Notes: a model not told the origin generated them from the letters alone. 64,000 nt of DNA from Thecamonas trahens ATCC 50062 (GCF_000142905.1 NW_013657639.1:208976-272975); one strand, 5' to 3'. Shown: positions 1 to 11,616, numbered from the stretch's first letter. Numbers and translations: made by a program.

Positions 1-127
1 AAAAAAAAAAAAAAAAGGGAGGGGGGCGTGCGTGTCTTTTGGCAGTGAGGTGGGAGATGTGAGGAGAGGTCCGAGTCGTGGTGGGCGTGGGCATTCGACT
101 TGGGAGAGGGTGGAGAGGTGCAAGAAC

Positions 128-2455
128 ATGGTTTCTAACCGTGAGTTTGCCGTCCTTGCCGTGGGTATCCTCGCTGGCTTTACCATTGCACTCTCGCTCT
201 CGTGGTCGTGGTCGGCCAAGGTGGCTTCGCCCGTCGCTGCTGCAGAGGCTAGGTCCCTCCGTCTCATCTCACGCATCCGCATAGAAGGAGGCGACTCGCC
301 CAAAGAGCAGGCCGATGGCATGGATGGGGTCTCGTGGGAGGATGATGGTGACGGCAATGATAGTGTCGATGGGTTGAGCGCAGGGTACTCGGGCTACAGT
401 GCGAGTCAGGGCAGCTTGGGCTACAGCGATGAGGGGACGAATGGGCAGGAAGGCGGGGCGGGTGATGAACGGGGCGATGGCGACAATGAGATGTTGCCTG
501 TGTCTGGTGATGGCGATGGCACTGACGAGTCGGTGTCCTCGTCCTCTGGTGGCGACGACGCAGAGTTCGGACACGGCCTACCGTATCCGGTGGGAATGGA
601 CAACGATGCGCCGCTGCCGCTGGCGGATCTCGACTCTATGTGCACCGCGCCACCGCAGGGCTTGCCACGGGGCAAGGGCGATGGCAAGCGTCGGTTCATG
701 CTGCTCACGGTGGTGGCCGGCATGGAGAGGCTGTTTAAGAACTACCTGGCGCACGTCTCGCGTCTTGATCTGCCGCATCGCGTAGCTGCGCTGGACAACA
801 CAACACTGGCGATGGCGCGCAAGTATGCGGCGGCCGGTCGCGGTGAGTTTGCGGCGTATCGGCTGGACCTGGAGCTCGACTCGGGCGGGCGGCAGGAGCG
901 CAACTCGTCTTTCGACTTCAAGGGCCGATTTGCGCTTGCTTGGGTTGGTGAGGCGCTCCGCTGGCTCTGCGCCGGCTTTGATGTCTTCCTCACTGACATC
1001 GACGTTGTATGGAAGGCCGATCCACGAGACTTTCTCTACTGCACTGGCAGAAACTGCGTCAACGGTGGCCTCGCCGCCGCAGATGTGGCTTGGACCTCGG
1101 ACAATCTCGGCATCGGCATCGACACCAGCCTAGGTGCCGAGGGCTCGATGCACGGCCAGTACAACACCGGCATGGTCTTGCTTCGGGCGACGCCGGCTGG
1201 CATCGGCATGGTCCGGCACTGGCTCGCAGCTGCGCAGGATGGCCTGACCAAGACTGGCAGGTACGACTTTGTGCGGACGCACCAGGAGGCCTTCAATCGC
1301 ATTGTCAACCCAATGCATAATGACAACATTATCCGCGATGTGGTGGAAGGCGGGCCGCCGCGGACGGTGACTCGGACAATCGAGGCTCGCGACGACGTGA
1401 GCCTGCCGCGTGTCGACCTCGTTGCTGGCCTCTTGCCACTCGGCGGCTTTCTCTCGGGCCACACCGCATTTGTGCAGCAGATGGCGTACGGGCGTCGCAA
1501 GCTGCTTGACGCGCCGTTTCCGGCCTTTGCCATCCACGCCACCTATACTCGCACTAACTCGGCGCGCGGCAAGGAATACCGGTTTGCCGAGGCCGGCGAG
1601 TGGATCGCTCGCGACACTGACTGGCCGCTGCCGGCGCAGTCTGTCACCTTTTCCTTTGGCCCGTCTCGGGTCCCCGGCGTGAACGCGACGACGGTCGGCG
1701 CCGAGGCACACATCCGCTCGATCCGTGAGCAGCTGCGTGACATCCGCAACGCACTAGTCCTCGCCGGCGCCCTCAAGCGGACGCTCGCCATACCGCGCGC
1801 CACCTGCCACTGCGACGTGGCATCCATGGACAACATCATGGCAGCAGGCTGCCGCTTCCCGGGCTCCAACCAGGTCATTGATGACAAGGACGTCCGCGCT
1901 GACTTTGTCCCCTTTGCCTGTCCGCTCGACCACATCATGGACACCGCCATGGCCACCGGCCCGCTCGCCCTCGAGCGTGGCATTCACATCCGCCCGCTCG
2001 ATCCGGCCGGCGAGGCGCCCGACGCGGTCCTCGACGCCGCGCCGCTCGAGGCTGCAGGCAAGCTCCCGCTCCAGCCAGGTGATCTGCTCCGCACCCTCTC
2101 CGCCGCAGTCAAGGTCACGGCTGGCGCGGACTCGGCCAAGCTGCTGGACGTCACGCCGTGGATCGCGATCCTCGATGGCCTGCGCCCGCTTGTCGTCCCC
2201 GATGACGTTGCGGCGGACCAGCGAGGCCCTGCACGCAAGCTCGCGGACTGGGCCGCCACGCACGCCGACTTTGTGGTCTCCACCAACAACTGGTGCACCG
2301 AGTGCTTTCCCAAGCCCTGCCACGAGTGGTTTCCGCCGGGCGTGCTCGACGAGTTTGCCGGCAGAATCCACCCGACCCGTGAGACCGAGGAGCTTGTATG
2401 CATCGATCTCATGACGGATGCTGTCGGCAAGACGCCCATCACTAGCCGGCCTTGA
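128..2455 (+). CDS. GT77 nucleotide-diphospho-sugar transferase, XEG113 (extensin arabinosyltransferase)-like type II membrane protein
   Basis: ATG 128. N-terminal TM (FAVLAVGILAGFTIALSL), acidic stem, DxD motif LTDIDVVWKADP, NTGMVLLRAT, HQEAFN, FAIHATY, C-terminal RTLAIPRATCHCD...FACPLDHI resembling XEG113. Confidence 0.8.
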   Translation: MVSNREFAVLAVGILAGFTIALSLSWSWSAKVASPVAAAEARSLRLISRIRIEGGDSPKEQADGMDGVSWEDDGDGNDSVDGLSAGYSGYSASQGSLGYSDEGTNGQEGGAGDERGDGDNEMLPVSGDGDGTDESVSSSSGGDDAEFGHGLPYPVGMDNDAPLPLADLDSMCTAPPQGLPRGKGDGKRRFMLLTVVAGMERLFKNYLAHVSRLDLPHRVAALDNTTLAMARKYAAAGRGEFAAYRLDLELDSGGRQERNSSFDFKGRFALAWVGEALRWLCAGFDVFLTDIDVVWKADPRDFLYCTGRNCVNGGLAAADVAWTSDNLGIGIDTSLGAEGSMHGQYNTGMVLLRATPAGIGMVRHWLAAAQDGLTKTGRYDFVRTHQEAFNRIVNPMHNDNIIRDVVEGGPPRTVTRTIEARDDVSLPRVDLVAGLLPLGGFLSGHTAFVQQMAYGRRKLLDAPFPAFAIHATYTRTNSARGKEYRFAEAGEWIARDTDWPLPAQSVTFSFGPSRVPGVNATTVGAEAHIRSIREQLRDIRNALVLAGALKRTLAIPRATCHCDVASMDNIMAAGCRFPGSNQVIDDKDVRADFVPFACPLDHIMDTAMATGPLALERGIHIRPLDPAGEAPDAVLDAAPLEAAGKLPLQPGDLLRTLSAAVKVTAGADSAKLLDVTPWIAILDGLRPLVVPDDVAADQRGPARKLADWAATHADFVVSTNNWCTECFPKPCHEWFPPGVLDEFAGRIHPTRETEELVCIDLMTDAVGKTPITSRP

Positions 2456-2639
2456 CCATCGACACGAGCACGCTGCTGGACTCAGCGTCTTTGCCTTTTG
2501 CACGCAGTTGACGACTGATGTGAGCGTAGGGCGGCAAGTGGCGCCGAGTAGGGCAACGGGCCTCTCAGGAGAGGAACCGGTGTCGTATGCCATTATCGTT
2601 GACGGTCGAAACCACCCCTCTTAACCTCAACTAACAACC

Positions 2640-3395
2640 ATGGCTGACTCCTCCGCTGAGCGTACCTACGTGATGATCAAGCCCGATGGCGTGGCCCGTG
2701 GCCTCGTACGTGCTCTAGAGGGATGGAAGGGAGAGGGAGGGAGAGGGAGGGAGGGGGAGGGGAGGGGGGAGGGATTGCAAGAAATGGCACATCCACCACC
2801 ATTCGGCAGAAGGGGAAGGGGCGGAGGGGGGGGGGAGGTCACGGAAGGGTGGGAGTGGGGGGGGGGGAGGGGGGGGACGGACACATGATGTGTAGGTTTA
2901 TGTTTTTGTATGGGTAGGAGGTGGGGTTTGGGCGCGGTGTGTGCTCACGGGGCGTGTGTGTGGTGGCGGGTCGTGGTCATGGCGGCGGGGGCGTAGATCG
3001 GTGACGTTATCTCCCGCTTCGAGAACAAGGGCCTCCAGCTTGTGGCCATGAAGCTCGTTCAGGTCACGCCTGAGCACGCTGAGAAGCACTACGAGGACCT
3101 CAAGTCGAAGCCTTTCTTCGCTGGCCTCGTCGAGTTCATCACCTCGGGCCCCGTGTGCGCGATGGTGTGGAAGGGCCCGAACGCCGTCCGCATCGGCCGC
3201 CTCCTCGTCGGCGCCACCAACCCGGCCGAGGCTGCTGTCGGCACTGTCCGTGGCGACCTCGCCGCTGACATCTCGCGCAACATCGTCCACGCTTCGGATG
3301 CTGTCGAGTCCGCCAACCACGAGATCGCTCTCTGGTTCAAGGACGAGGAGATCACCTCGTGGGACCTCCCGGCCGCCCAGTGGATCTGCGAGTAA
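2640..3395 (+). CDS. NDK: Nucleoside diphosphate kinase; exons 2640-2705 and 2997-3395
   Basis: ERTYVMIKPDGVARGL|IGDVISRFENKG joined in frame by GTACGT...TAG intron 2706-2996; active site NIVHASD. Confidence 0.97.
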
Positions 3396-3475
3396 TCGTC
3401 GCGCTCACGCTCGCTGTGCTCGTTGATGACAATGAACGTCGCCGTTTGTCGCTTGTCTCTTTAGCCTCTCCCGGT

Positions 3476-6400
3476 TTATCGGTATCCGAGGCCATACCCG
3501 TAGTTGGTGCCATACCTGTAGCCGGCGCCGTGACTCGACGGCGATCCCGGGCTGGTGTAGCCCGTCGACACCCTGGCCGGCATTCGGGCCGCCGCGGCCT
3601 CGCGGACAAGCGACGAAACGACAGCAGTGAGCGAGTCGAACGCTTGTTCACGCGCCGGATCGAGTCCTTCGGTGAGAGAGCCGACACGATATGAGGCCGG
3701 CGGCGGCGCAACCGGTCGCGGCTGAGTCGGCGGCGGCGTGGCGTGAGACACGAGCGGCGAGTAGACCCGCTGGCGCGGGCGCAGTGGTGGCTGTGTCTGC
3801 CATTGTGCGGCGGCCGCCGCCGCGGCCTCTTTGTCGCGGACAACCTCGCGGAGGAATGGGAGCAGCGGCTGGGCCATCAGATGCGGCGTGGCGCGCGCAA
3901 GAAGCGAGCTCAGCGCCGGAAGCTGGCAGGTGTGCAGGACGTCGTAGAGCTCAACGACTGGGAGCGAGAGCAGCTCGGTAAAGAGCTCAACATCAGATGC
4001 CGGCATCCGAAGCGGCGGTGATGTGTGCTGTGGGGGGAGGAAGGGGGTCCGGCGGGGCGGCGTCGGTGACGGCGCGGCGTAGATGTCGGCTGTGGCAGGC
4101 GGCGGGGCGCTGACCGAGTCGAGCCGCGCGCTTAGCGTGGCGACCTGGGCCTTGAGTCGGTCGATGAGCGCTGCGTTGGAGGCGACAGCCTGGAGGGTCT
4201 CGAGCTCACCAACAAGCGAGGCGATCCACTGCTTGATGGCGAGTACTTCTTTCTCGGCCGACGTGGCCTCTGTCGCCAGCGTCGGCTGGGTGAGCGACGA
4301 CGGAGGCGAGGCGAGCGGGCCTGACGCGAGAAGCTCGTCAACCTGGGCGGCGAGTTCGCGCGCCTGGCGCTCCTGCTCGTCATCGAGTCGAAGCGCAGCC
4401 TCGTGCTCAATCATGGCCTGCTGGCGGGCCAGCTCGGCTAGGCTCACTTGGCGGGCATCGATCTTGGCCTCGGCGGCCTTGCGGGCTTCGACGGCCGCTT
4501 GGGCAGCTGCTGCCGCCCGCTCGGCAGCCTTGCGTTCGGCTTCGAGTGCTGCCCGCGCAGCTGCTGCCTCGCGCTGTGCCTCCTCGAGTGCGGCGCGCAT
4601 AGCAGCAACGTCGTCAGTCGCCAAGGCTACGCTGGATGTCTCGGAACGGAACGAGGTCTCGTGGGAAGGCGGTGGCGGCGTGAGCCGTGCCGGATCAGGG
4701 GCTGGCTCGGGACTCGACGCGCGCACGGGGGCAGCAGTCGCAAGCGCCTGGTCTGGCTCCGACTCGACAAGCTGCATGGACGACCAGAGCTCCTCGATGG
4801 CAGCGGCGCGCGAGGTGTTGAGCTCCTCGTCGACATAGCGATTCTGGGCGCGGAGCTCGTCCTTGAGGCCGTCGTTGCCGGCCTTGATAGAGGCCATGCG
4901 GACGGCGCTGGTGTGGGAGGCAACGCGGGAGCCAGCTGTCTTGATGTCCGCGCGGGCAGTGTCAGCGGAGACGACAGTTAGGGTGTGGGCGATGAGGCTG
5001 GCGGCGGCGGCGTCGAGTGAGTCCCAGGCAGCGAGCGAGGCTTCGCGGCGGACGGCGGCAGCTGAAGCGAGGAGCGCCGAGCCGTCGTTCTGGAGGCTTG
5101 TGACGGCGGTAGCAGCGACAGAGTTCTCCCACAGTTGAGCGTCGGTGACCGCGACAGCCGCAATCCGCGAGTCGACGGCGCGGACAAGAGCAAGGACAGC
5201 AGCGTGGACACCGCGAGCCTCAAGAACCAGCTCCTTGTCTTCTTCGCCGGGCTGGGCGGCAACATCAGCCAGTGACGCAACCTGGTCCATCAGCTCGCAG
5301 AGGCGAATCGCAACGACCGAGTCATTCTGGCGCTCGAGAGCTACTGATGAATCGTCGTCCGAGTATCCGTCGTAGGACGAGGTAACGGTGTCCGAATCCG
5401 ACTCGGCACCAGCCTTGATAAGAGCCTCGACCTTAGGGTGGCGCGGCGAGACTGGGGCCGGCTCGGGAGCAGCCGATACCACGCCGTGGGCCAGAGCCGG
5501 ATGGAAACAGGCTGCGCATTGATTGAGGCGAAGACCAAACTTCTTGCGCTCAAACTCTTCGCATGTGCATCCGTCAGCTGTGCACCGTGCGCCACTGGAT
5601 GTCGGCTTGGGCGAGTTGTCGGATGTGGATTCCGGTGCGGGGGGGTGTTGTCGGCGAGATGCGCCGCGCTGGTGGACTCCGGTGCGAACGGGGTGTTGTC
5701 GGCAAGATGCGCCGCGCTGGTGGACTCCGGTGCGAGCGAAGCTGTTGGATTGTTGTCAACCTCGTGAAGCGAGGCAAGAAGCTCTTGTATGTCTTCGGCG
5801 TCCTCGGTGGTAGAATCGAGCGCGGCCGGAGCAGTGGCCTCGTCGACCTCGTGGAGGGACGACAGCATGTCCTGAATGTTGCTGGCATCATCAGTGTCGG
5901 CGGCATTATCGGAGTCAGAGACGGCAAGAACGGCAGCAACATCGCCTCCGGCCTCGACGGCCGCCAGAAGCGCAGCAACGTCTGGGTCAGGAGCGGATGA
6001 TGACGAGGATGACGAGGATGACAATGTACCATCCATCTCCACTGGCTCGGGCACGACGGTAGTGGTCGTGGCGTCGGAAACATCGACATGTGACGGTTCG
6101 ATTCTGTTCGGCATGGTGCTGGTGGAGTTGGCAATGACAGCAGGCTTGGTCTCGGCCGCAATCTCAGCATCAGTCTCAGCATCACCATCAGCATCAGCAT
6201 CAGCCTCATCACCATCGCCCTCTGTCGGCAGCGCCGACACATCCTCGATCTCTGGCTTGCAATCCAAACCATCGCTACTCGTGTCCGCCGCCAAAACATT
6301 TGTCTTAGACTCTGCTTTGGCTTCAGCCGCCGTCATGGTCTCTACCTCGGCCTCGGCCTCAGCCTCATCACCATCGCCCTCTACCGGCAGCGCCGACACA

Positions 6401-7376
6401 TCCGCGATCTCTGGCTTGCAGTCTGAGCCATCGCTGCTTGCATCTATCGTCGCGACATCCGTCTTGGCCTCAGCCTCGGCCTCAGCCCCAGCTTCGGCCT
6501 CAGCCTCATCACCATCGCCCTCTGCCGGCAGCGCCGACACATCCGCGATCTCTGGCTTGTAGTCCGAACCATCGCTGCCTGCATTCATCGTCACGACATC
6601 CGTCTTGGCCTCGGCCTCAGCCCCATCTTCGGCCTCAACCTCAGCCTCGTCATCCTCTCCCTCGCCCAGCAGTGCAAGTACATCCTCGATCTCAGACTCG
6701 CAGTCCGAACCATCACTGCTTGCATCCATCGTCACGACATCCGCCTTGGCCTCAGCCCCAGCCCGGCCCCAGCTTCGGCCTCAGCCTCAGCCTCGGCCTT
6801 GGCCTCAGCCTCGTCATCCTCTCCCTCGCCAAGAAGCGCAAGCACATCCTCGATCTCAGACTCACAGTCCGAACCATCACTGCTTGCATCCATCGTCACG
6901 ACATCCGCCTTGGCCTCGGCCTCAGCCCCAGCACCAGCACCAGCCTCGGCCTCAACCTCAGCCTCGTCATCCTCTCCCTCGCCCAGCAGTGCAAGTACAT
7001 CCTCGATCTCAGACTCGCAGTCCGAACCATCACTGCTTGCATCCATCGTCACGACGTCCGCCTTGGCCTCAGCCCCAGCCCCAGCCCCAGCTTCGGCCTC
7101 AGCCTCAGCCTCGGCCTCGGCCTCAGCCTCGGCCTCGGCCTCAGTCTCATCACCATCCTCGCCCTCGCCCAGCAGCGCCAGAACATCGTCAACATCTGAC
7201 ACATCGTCATCAGTCCCGTCCTCCCCATCGTCCGTCAGTGCGTTCAGCACATCGCCCAGATCGCCGCTCTTCGCGTTGCCGTACTCCTCGGCACCCTCGC
7301 CGTCTTCCTCGGCAGCACCGAGCATAGCAAGGATGTCATCCAAGTCCTCATCTGTGCCAGAGCCATTTCCAGCCAT
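3476..7376 (-). CDS. ~1300-aa protein: acidic LD-like repeats, C/H zinc finger, helical bundle/coiled coil; two apparent -1 frameshifts (~6764, ~5642)
   Basis: Three consecutive ORFs (6732-7439, 5341-6735, 3476-5482) join when one base is restored at each break. Both breaks lie in repeat units whose sister copies are one base longer. ATG 7376 (MAGNGSG). Confidence 0.65.
6200..7260 (-). repeat. Coding tandem repeat, about 8 copies of ~120-140 bp (DVVTMDASSDGSDCESEIEDVLALLGEGEDDEAE(AE)n)
   Basis: Near-identical units visible in DNA and protein. Confidence 0.9.
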
Positions 7377-7511
7377 CTTCTGTCGCCCCTGCACACAGGC
7401 GTTCCCCCTCCCGTGACAAGTGTCCTTCCTCGTCTCCAAACCGGCCCCTCCCTCTCCCCCGTACCCATGTGCCTGCTCGCCTAACTGCCACCGCCAACGT
7501 CAGATGCCCGA

Positions 7512-7513
<2 letters not shown>

Positions 7514-7576
<63 letters not shown>
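7514..7576. repeat. (CA)n microsatellite in the divergent intergenic region
   Basis: Seen directly. Confidence 0.95.
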
Positions 7577-7578
<2 letters not shown>

Positions 7579-7754
7579 ACCACATCACATACCACATCGC
7601 ATCACACAACACCATCACACCATACAAATACCTCATGTACATTCGTCCCTCCCGATCGGACCTTCTCTGCCCCCCCCCCCCCTCACTCCCCACGCACGAT
7701 TCGACACGCGCGACGCACGGGCAGCCATTCGACTCGCCCACGTACTCGCACGCC

Positions 7755-9692
7755 ATGCCACAAATCACAATGGCACGCATGCTGGTGGTGGTGGGCATGG
7801 CAGCGGTCATTGCTGTCCTCGCCCTCCAGGTCTGGTTCCGCTGCCCGTCCGAGGTCGAGGTCACCATGCCGGCGTTCGGCGGCTGGCATACTCCGCCGCC
7901 AGCAAAGGACTCCTCGCCGCAGCAGAGTCCGAGCTGGGGTGGCAACCTTTCGTTGAGCGCCTCGATTCAAAGCCCAGAGGAGGCCACACTTCCGAGTTGC
8001 ATTCGATACAAGCCCAAGCCGATTCCTGCTGTCCTACATCCGCCGCGGACGTTGGACGATGCCGAGTACGGCGTGGAGATGGACGGACTCAATCTGGCCT
8101 TCCCGGATCTCGGCGGCCCGGAGAACGATCCGTTCGAGGAGGCCATTCTCGAGGCGGCAAACATGCAAATTCCGATGACGTTTGCCCATCAGCTTGACTG
8201 CGCGCCCTGCGTCCGCGACTACGAGGTCTCAGAACCCGTCGAGATCCGCCTCGTCTTCCCGGAGCACCACCCGCTGAACAAAGCGACTGAGCCCGGTGTG
8301 GCCAAGCGCAAGGCCGCTGTGCTCCATGTTCTGTTCGAGGGCCCAGAGCTGGTCCTTGGTGAGGTCTTTAACAACCGCGATGGCACGTACGCAGTGACCG
8401 TGCCCGACGGCTTCCGCGTGCCTGGGCAGTACCGGCTGACGGTCCGCATCCAGCACCTGGCGTATCCGTTTACTCGGGCGAAGCGATTCAACGACCGCGA
8501 CGTTGGCTGCAACTACACGCCTGATGCACCAGACTACTCGGCGCAGTGGTACGACGCCACGCCGATGGGCTACCCCAAGCCGTTTGTGGTCACGGGCGAG
8601 ATCCACCCGCTCGCAACCCCGGCCGGTCGCAGCAGCCTTCCGCGGTGCACTTACATGGACGACGCCTCGCACCGCGGCCGCTGGCTCAACACGCTCCTTG
8701 AGGAGAGCCGGGTCTGGCGCGCCCCAGGCTCGCCCTGGCGCCGATTCATGGACGAGATCAGCGGCGAGCCATGGCTCTGGCTCCCAGACGCCTGCCGCCT
8801 CCTCCCCATCTTCGACGAGGCTGCGGTGGCGTGCATCATGGGTCAGAACACCACGGCACGGGCGACTGGCGACTCGCACATGACCATCAACATGTTTAAC
8901 CACCAGGTCCTTGGCGCCGGCGCAGAGCGGAAGCTCAGCCACACCCGAGACGACTTTGACGGCGCTCTCTTCCAGCCGGGCATGAACATCCACCGCGACT
9001 TTGACTTTTGGCAGTACTACAAGCCGGCGCGCGAGACGCGTGTCTCACGCGCGCCAGGTGAAACTGCCGCTGGTGTGACCGCCAAGTACGGTCGGCTTGT
9101 CGGCCGCATGACTTGGCGCCCGGGCACCGACGAGATGTCGATGCTGATGCTTAATCTCCGTGAGCTCGTTGCGCCCGCGCCCAAGGACAACGAGTGGCTC
9201 AAGAACACGCCGCCCGACATCCAGCCGCACCTGCTCAAGCCGAGCACGCTCACTCTCATCGACTTTGGTGCGTGGTACATCCAAGAGCCGCGCGGCGTCA
9301 TCCGCGAACACGCCCGCGACTTTGCCGACTTTTTCGTCAACGAGTACCTCGCCGACGACGAGACGTATCCCACAAAGTCGCGCATCGTCTACCTCTCCAC
9401 GCCGCCGGCCAACGAATTTGTCGACCCAAAGCGTGCCTTTGCGCCGACATGCGATACCAACCTCCGCCGCATGGCGCTCAATCGCGTCGTCCGGCCCATT
9501 CTCATCAAAGCCGGCATCGACTACCTCGATCTCTTCGCTCTTGCGTACCCGCGATACTACACCGAGCGCGACCTCTGCGGCGGCCACTGGGTGTGCGAGC
9601 CAAGCCATCCGGTCACGCCGCTGGCCGTCTGGCAGCAGCTCATCATCGCCAACGCCATCTGCCCCGGCGAGTGGTCCGACTGCGATGCCTAA
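7755..9692 (+). CDS. Type II membrane SGNH/PC-esterase (NXPE/TBL-like) putative glycan O-acyltransferase or esterase with filamin-type Ig domain
   Basis: TM MLVVVGMAAVIAVLALQVW; Ig-like NNRDGTYAVT...PGQYRLTV; Cys motif LPRC...GRW...WLPDACRL; GDSH block; C-terminal DLCGGHW. Start 7755 or 7770. Confidence 0.7.
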   Translation: MPQITMARMLVVVGMAAVIAVLALQVWFRCPSEVEVTMPAFGGWHTPPPAKDSSPQQSPSWGGNLSLSASIQSPEEATLPSCIRYKPKPIPAVLHPPRTLDDAEYGVEMDGLNLAFPDLGGPENDPFEEAILEAANMQIPMTFAHQLDCAPCVRDYEVSEPVEIRLVFPEHHPLNKATEPGVAKRKAAVLHVLFEGPELVLGEVFNNRDGTYAVTVPDGFRVPGQYRLTVRIQHLAYPFTRAKRFNDRDVGCNYTPDAPDYSAQWYDATPMGYPKPFVVTGEIHPLATPAGRSSLPRCTYMDDASHRGRWLNTLLEESRVWRAPGSPWRRFMDEISGEPWLWLPDACRLLPIFDEAAVACIMGQNTTARATGDSHMTINMFNHQVLGAGAERKLSHTRDDFDGALFQPGMNIHRDFDFWQYYKPARETRVSRAPGETAAGVTAKYGRLVGRMTWRPGTDEMSMLMLNLRELVAPAPKDNEWLKNTPPDIQPHLLKPSTLTLIDFGAWYIQEPRGVIREHARDFADFFVNEYLADDETYPTKSRIVYLSTPPANEFVDPKRAFAPTCDTNLRRMALNRVVRPILIKAGIDYLDLFALAYPRYYTERDLCGGHWVCEPSHPVTPLAVWQQLIIANAICPGEWSDCDA

Positions 9693-9719
9693 CGCACTAC
9701 GAGCCGCCGCGCCCGCTCT

Positions 9720-10954
9720 CTACTGGGACGCCTCGGCCTCGGGCTTGACAAACATCGACTGCAACCAGACCCGATACATTGTCTGCTGCTTCTTACGGTT
9801 GACAATGAGCCGGCGGTCGTAGGTGTTGTTGACCACGGCAAAGCCGGCGGTCTCAAAGGCCTTGGCAAGCTCCTCCTTGGTGAAAAAGTAGACCTGTGTC
9901 GAGTCGCCGCGGACGTAGAAGTGGTCGTCGAGCTTGCGGCCCGGTTTGAACCGCAGCTGTGCAAGGTCATACCGCCCGTAGTCACGGATGATGAGCCGAC
10001 CGCCGGGCTTGACCACAGAGTACAGCTTGTCGAGCACCCCAGCGAGGTCGTCGGGCTTGATGGCCGAGAGCACAAAAATGAGCAGCACAAAGTCGACCGA
10101 GTTGGGCGCGAGGTGATCCACCGGTACCGGATCCTTGGCAATGTCCCACACAAATGCGTCGATCGAGCCCAGCGCCGCATAGTCGGGGTTCGACTTGAGC
10201 ACCTCAACCGCCGTCGGCGCAAAGTCGAAGCACTTGACGACCAGGTGATTCGGCGCCTGCCGCGCCAGCGGATACACCGATGCCCCCGTCCCGCATCCGA
10301 CTTCCAGCAGCACGTTCGGCCCGGCGCCCTCGGCCGGCGGCGCAACCAGAAAAGGAAACTCCAGATGGAGATAGTTGCGCTCCTTGAAGAACCGGCTTCC
10401 GTTCTTAGCGTAGAACACATCCCAGTGCTGCCCAGCATCATCATCCAGCGCCCGGATCTCTTCCTCTGACAGCGTCACCTCATCCGCCGCCACCTTGGCC
10501 TTGGCCTCAGCCAGCCGATCTTCATCCCACTCGACATCATCCCTGTCCCCCCACACACCCGCACACGCCATCCCCGACCGCCACGCCCACCGCATCCCCA
10601 ACCACCATCACCCATCGCCCATCACCCCCGCGCAGCCAGGTGAGTCTACACAACGCCACTCATCCACACACCATAGCGGTCCCTCTCCTCTCACTTTCCT
10701 TCCTCCATCTTTTCCTCCAAAGGCCATATCCGTCTCCGATGTCAATCCCGATACCCCCCCCCCCCCCTTCCACCCCTCTTCCCGCTCCGCCTCGTCTCCC
10801 CTGGGAGACCATCCATCCTCCCTCTCCCTCCCACACACACATACCAGGCATTCTGACTCAGCACCTTGTCGGGATTGTCGAGGAATCGCGCACGAAAGGC
10901 AGACGAGCGTGTCTCTGGGTCCATGAGGTCATTCTCTACCTTTGGGTCAGCCAT
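9720..10954 (-). CDS. METTL2: tRNA m3C methyltransferase METTL2/Trm140; exons 10954-10845 and 10542-9720
   Basis: Splicing GTATGT...CAG intron 10844-10543 gives NAWDDVEW; also FFKERNYL, LEVGCGTG, RDYGRYDLAQLRF, YVRGDST. Confidence 0.93.
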
Positions 10955-11021
10955 GGTGAACAGGAGTGTGAGTGAGTGAGCTGTGAGCCATCGACAGTGT
11001 GTGTGTGTGTGTGGTGGGGGT

Positions 11022-11121
11022 NNNNNNNNNNNNNNNNNNNNNNNNNNNNNNNNNNNNNNNNNNNNNNNNNNNNNNNNNNNNNNNNNNNNNNNNNNNNNNN
11101 NNNNNNNNNNNNNNNNNNNNN
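11022..11121. other. Assembly gap (N run)
   Basis: Run of n. Confidence 1.
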
Positions 11122-11169
11122 ATCCCCTTTCCCACCCACATTGTCATCTCCATCATCCCCAACATGGGC

Positions 11170-11616
11170 CATCATCTCCATCATCTCCATCATCTCCATC
11201 ATCTCCATCATCTCCATCATCTCCATCATCTCCATCATCTCCATCATCTCCATCATCTCCATCATCTCCATCATCTCCATCATCTCCATCATCTCCATCA
11301 TCTCCATCATCTCCATCATCTCCATCATCTCCATCATCTCCATCATCTCCATCATCTCCATCATCTCCATCATCATCTCCATCATCTCCATCATCTCCAT
11401 CATCTCCATCATCTCCATCATCTCCATCATCTCCATCATCTCCATCATCTCCATCATCTCCATCATCTCCATCATCTCCATCATCATCATCTCCATCATC
11501 TCCATCATCAGCTCCATCATCTCCATCATCTCCATCATCTCCATCATCTCCATCATCAGCTCCATCATCTCCATCATCTCCATCATCTCCATCATCTCCA
11601 TCATCTCCATCATCTC
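11170..11616. repeat. 9-bp tandem repeat (CATCATCTC)n, about 48 copies
   Basis: Seen directly; occasional CATCAT and CAGCTC variants. Confidence 0.97.
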
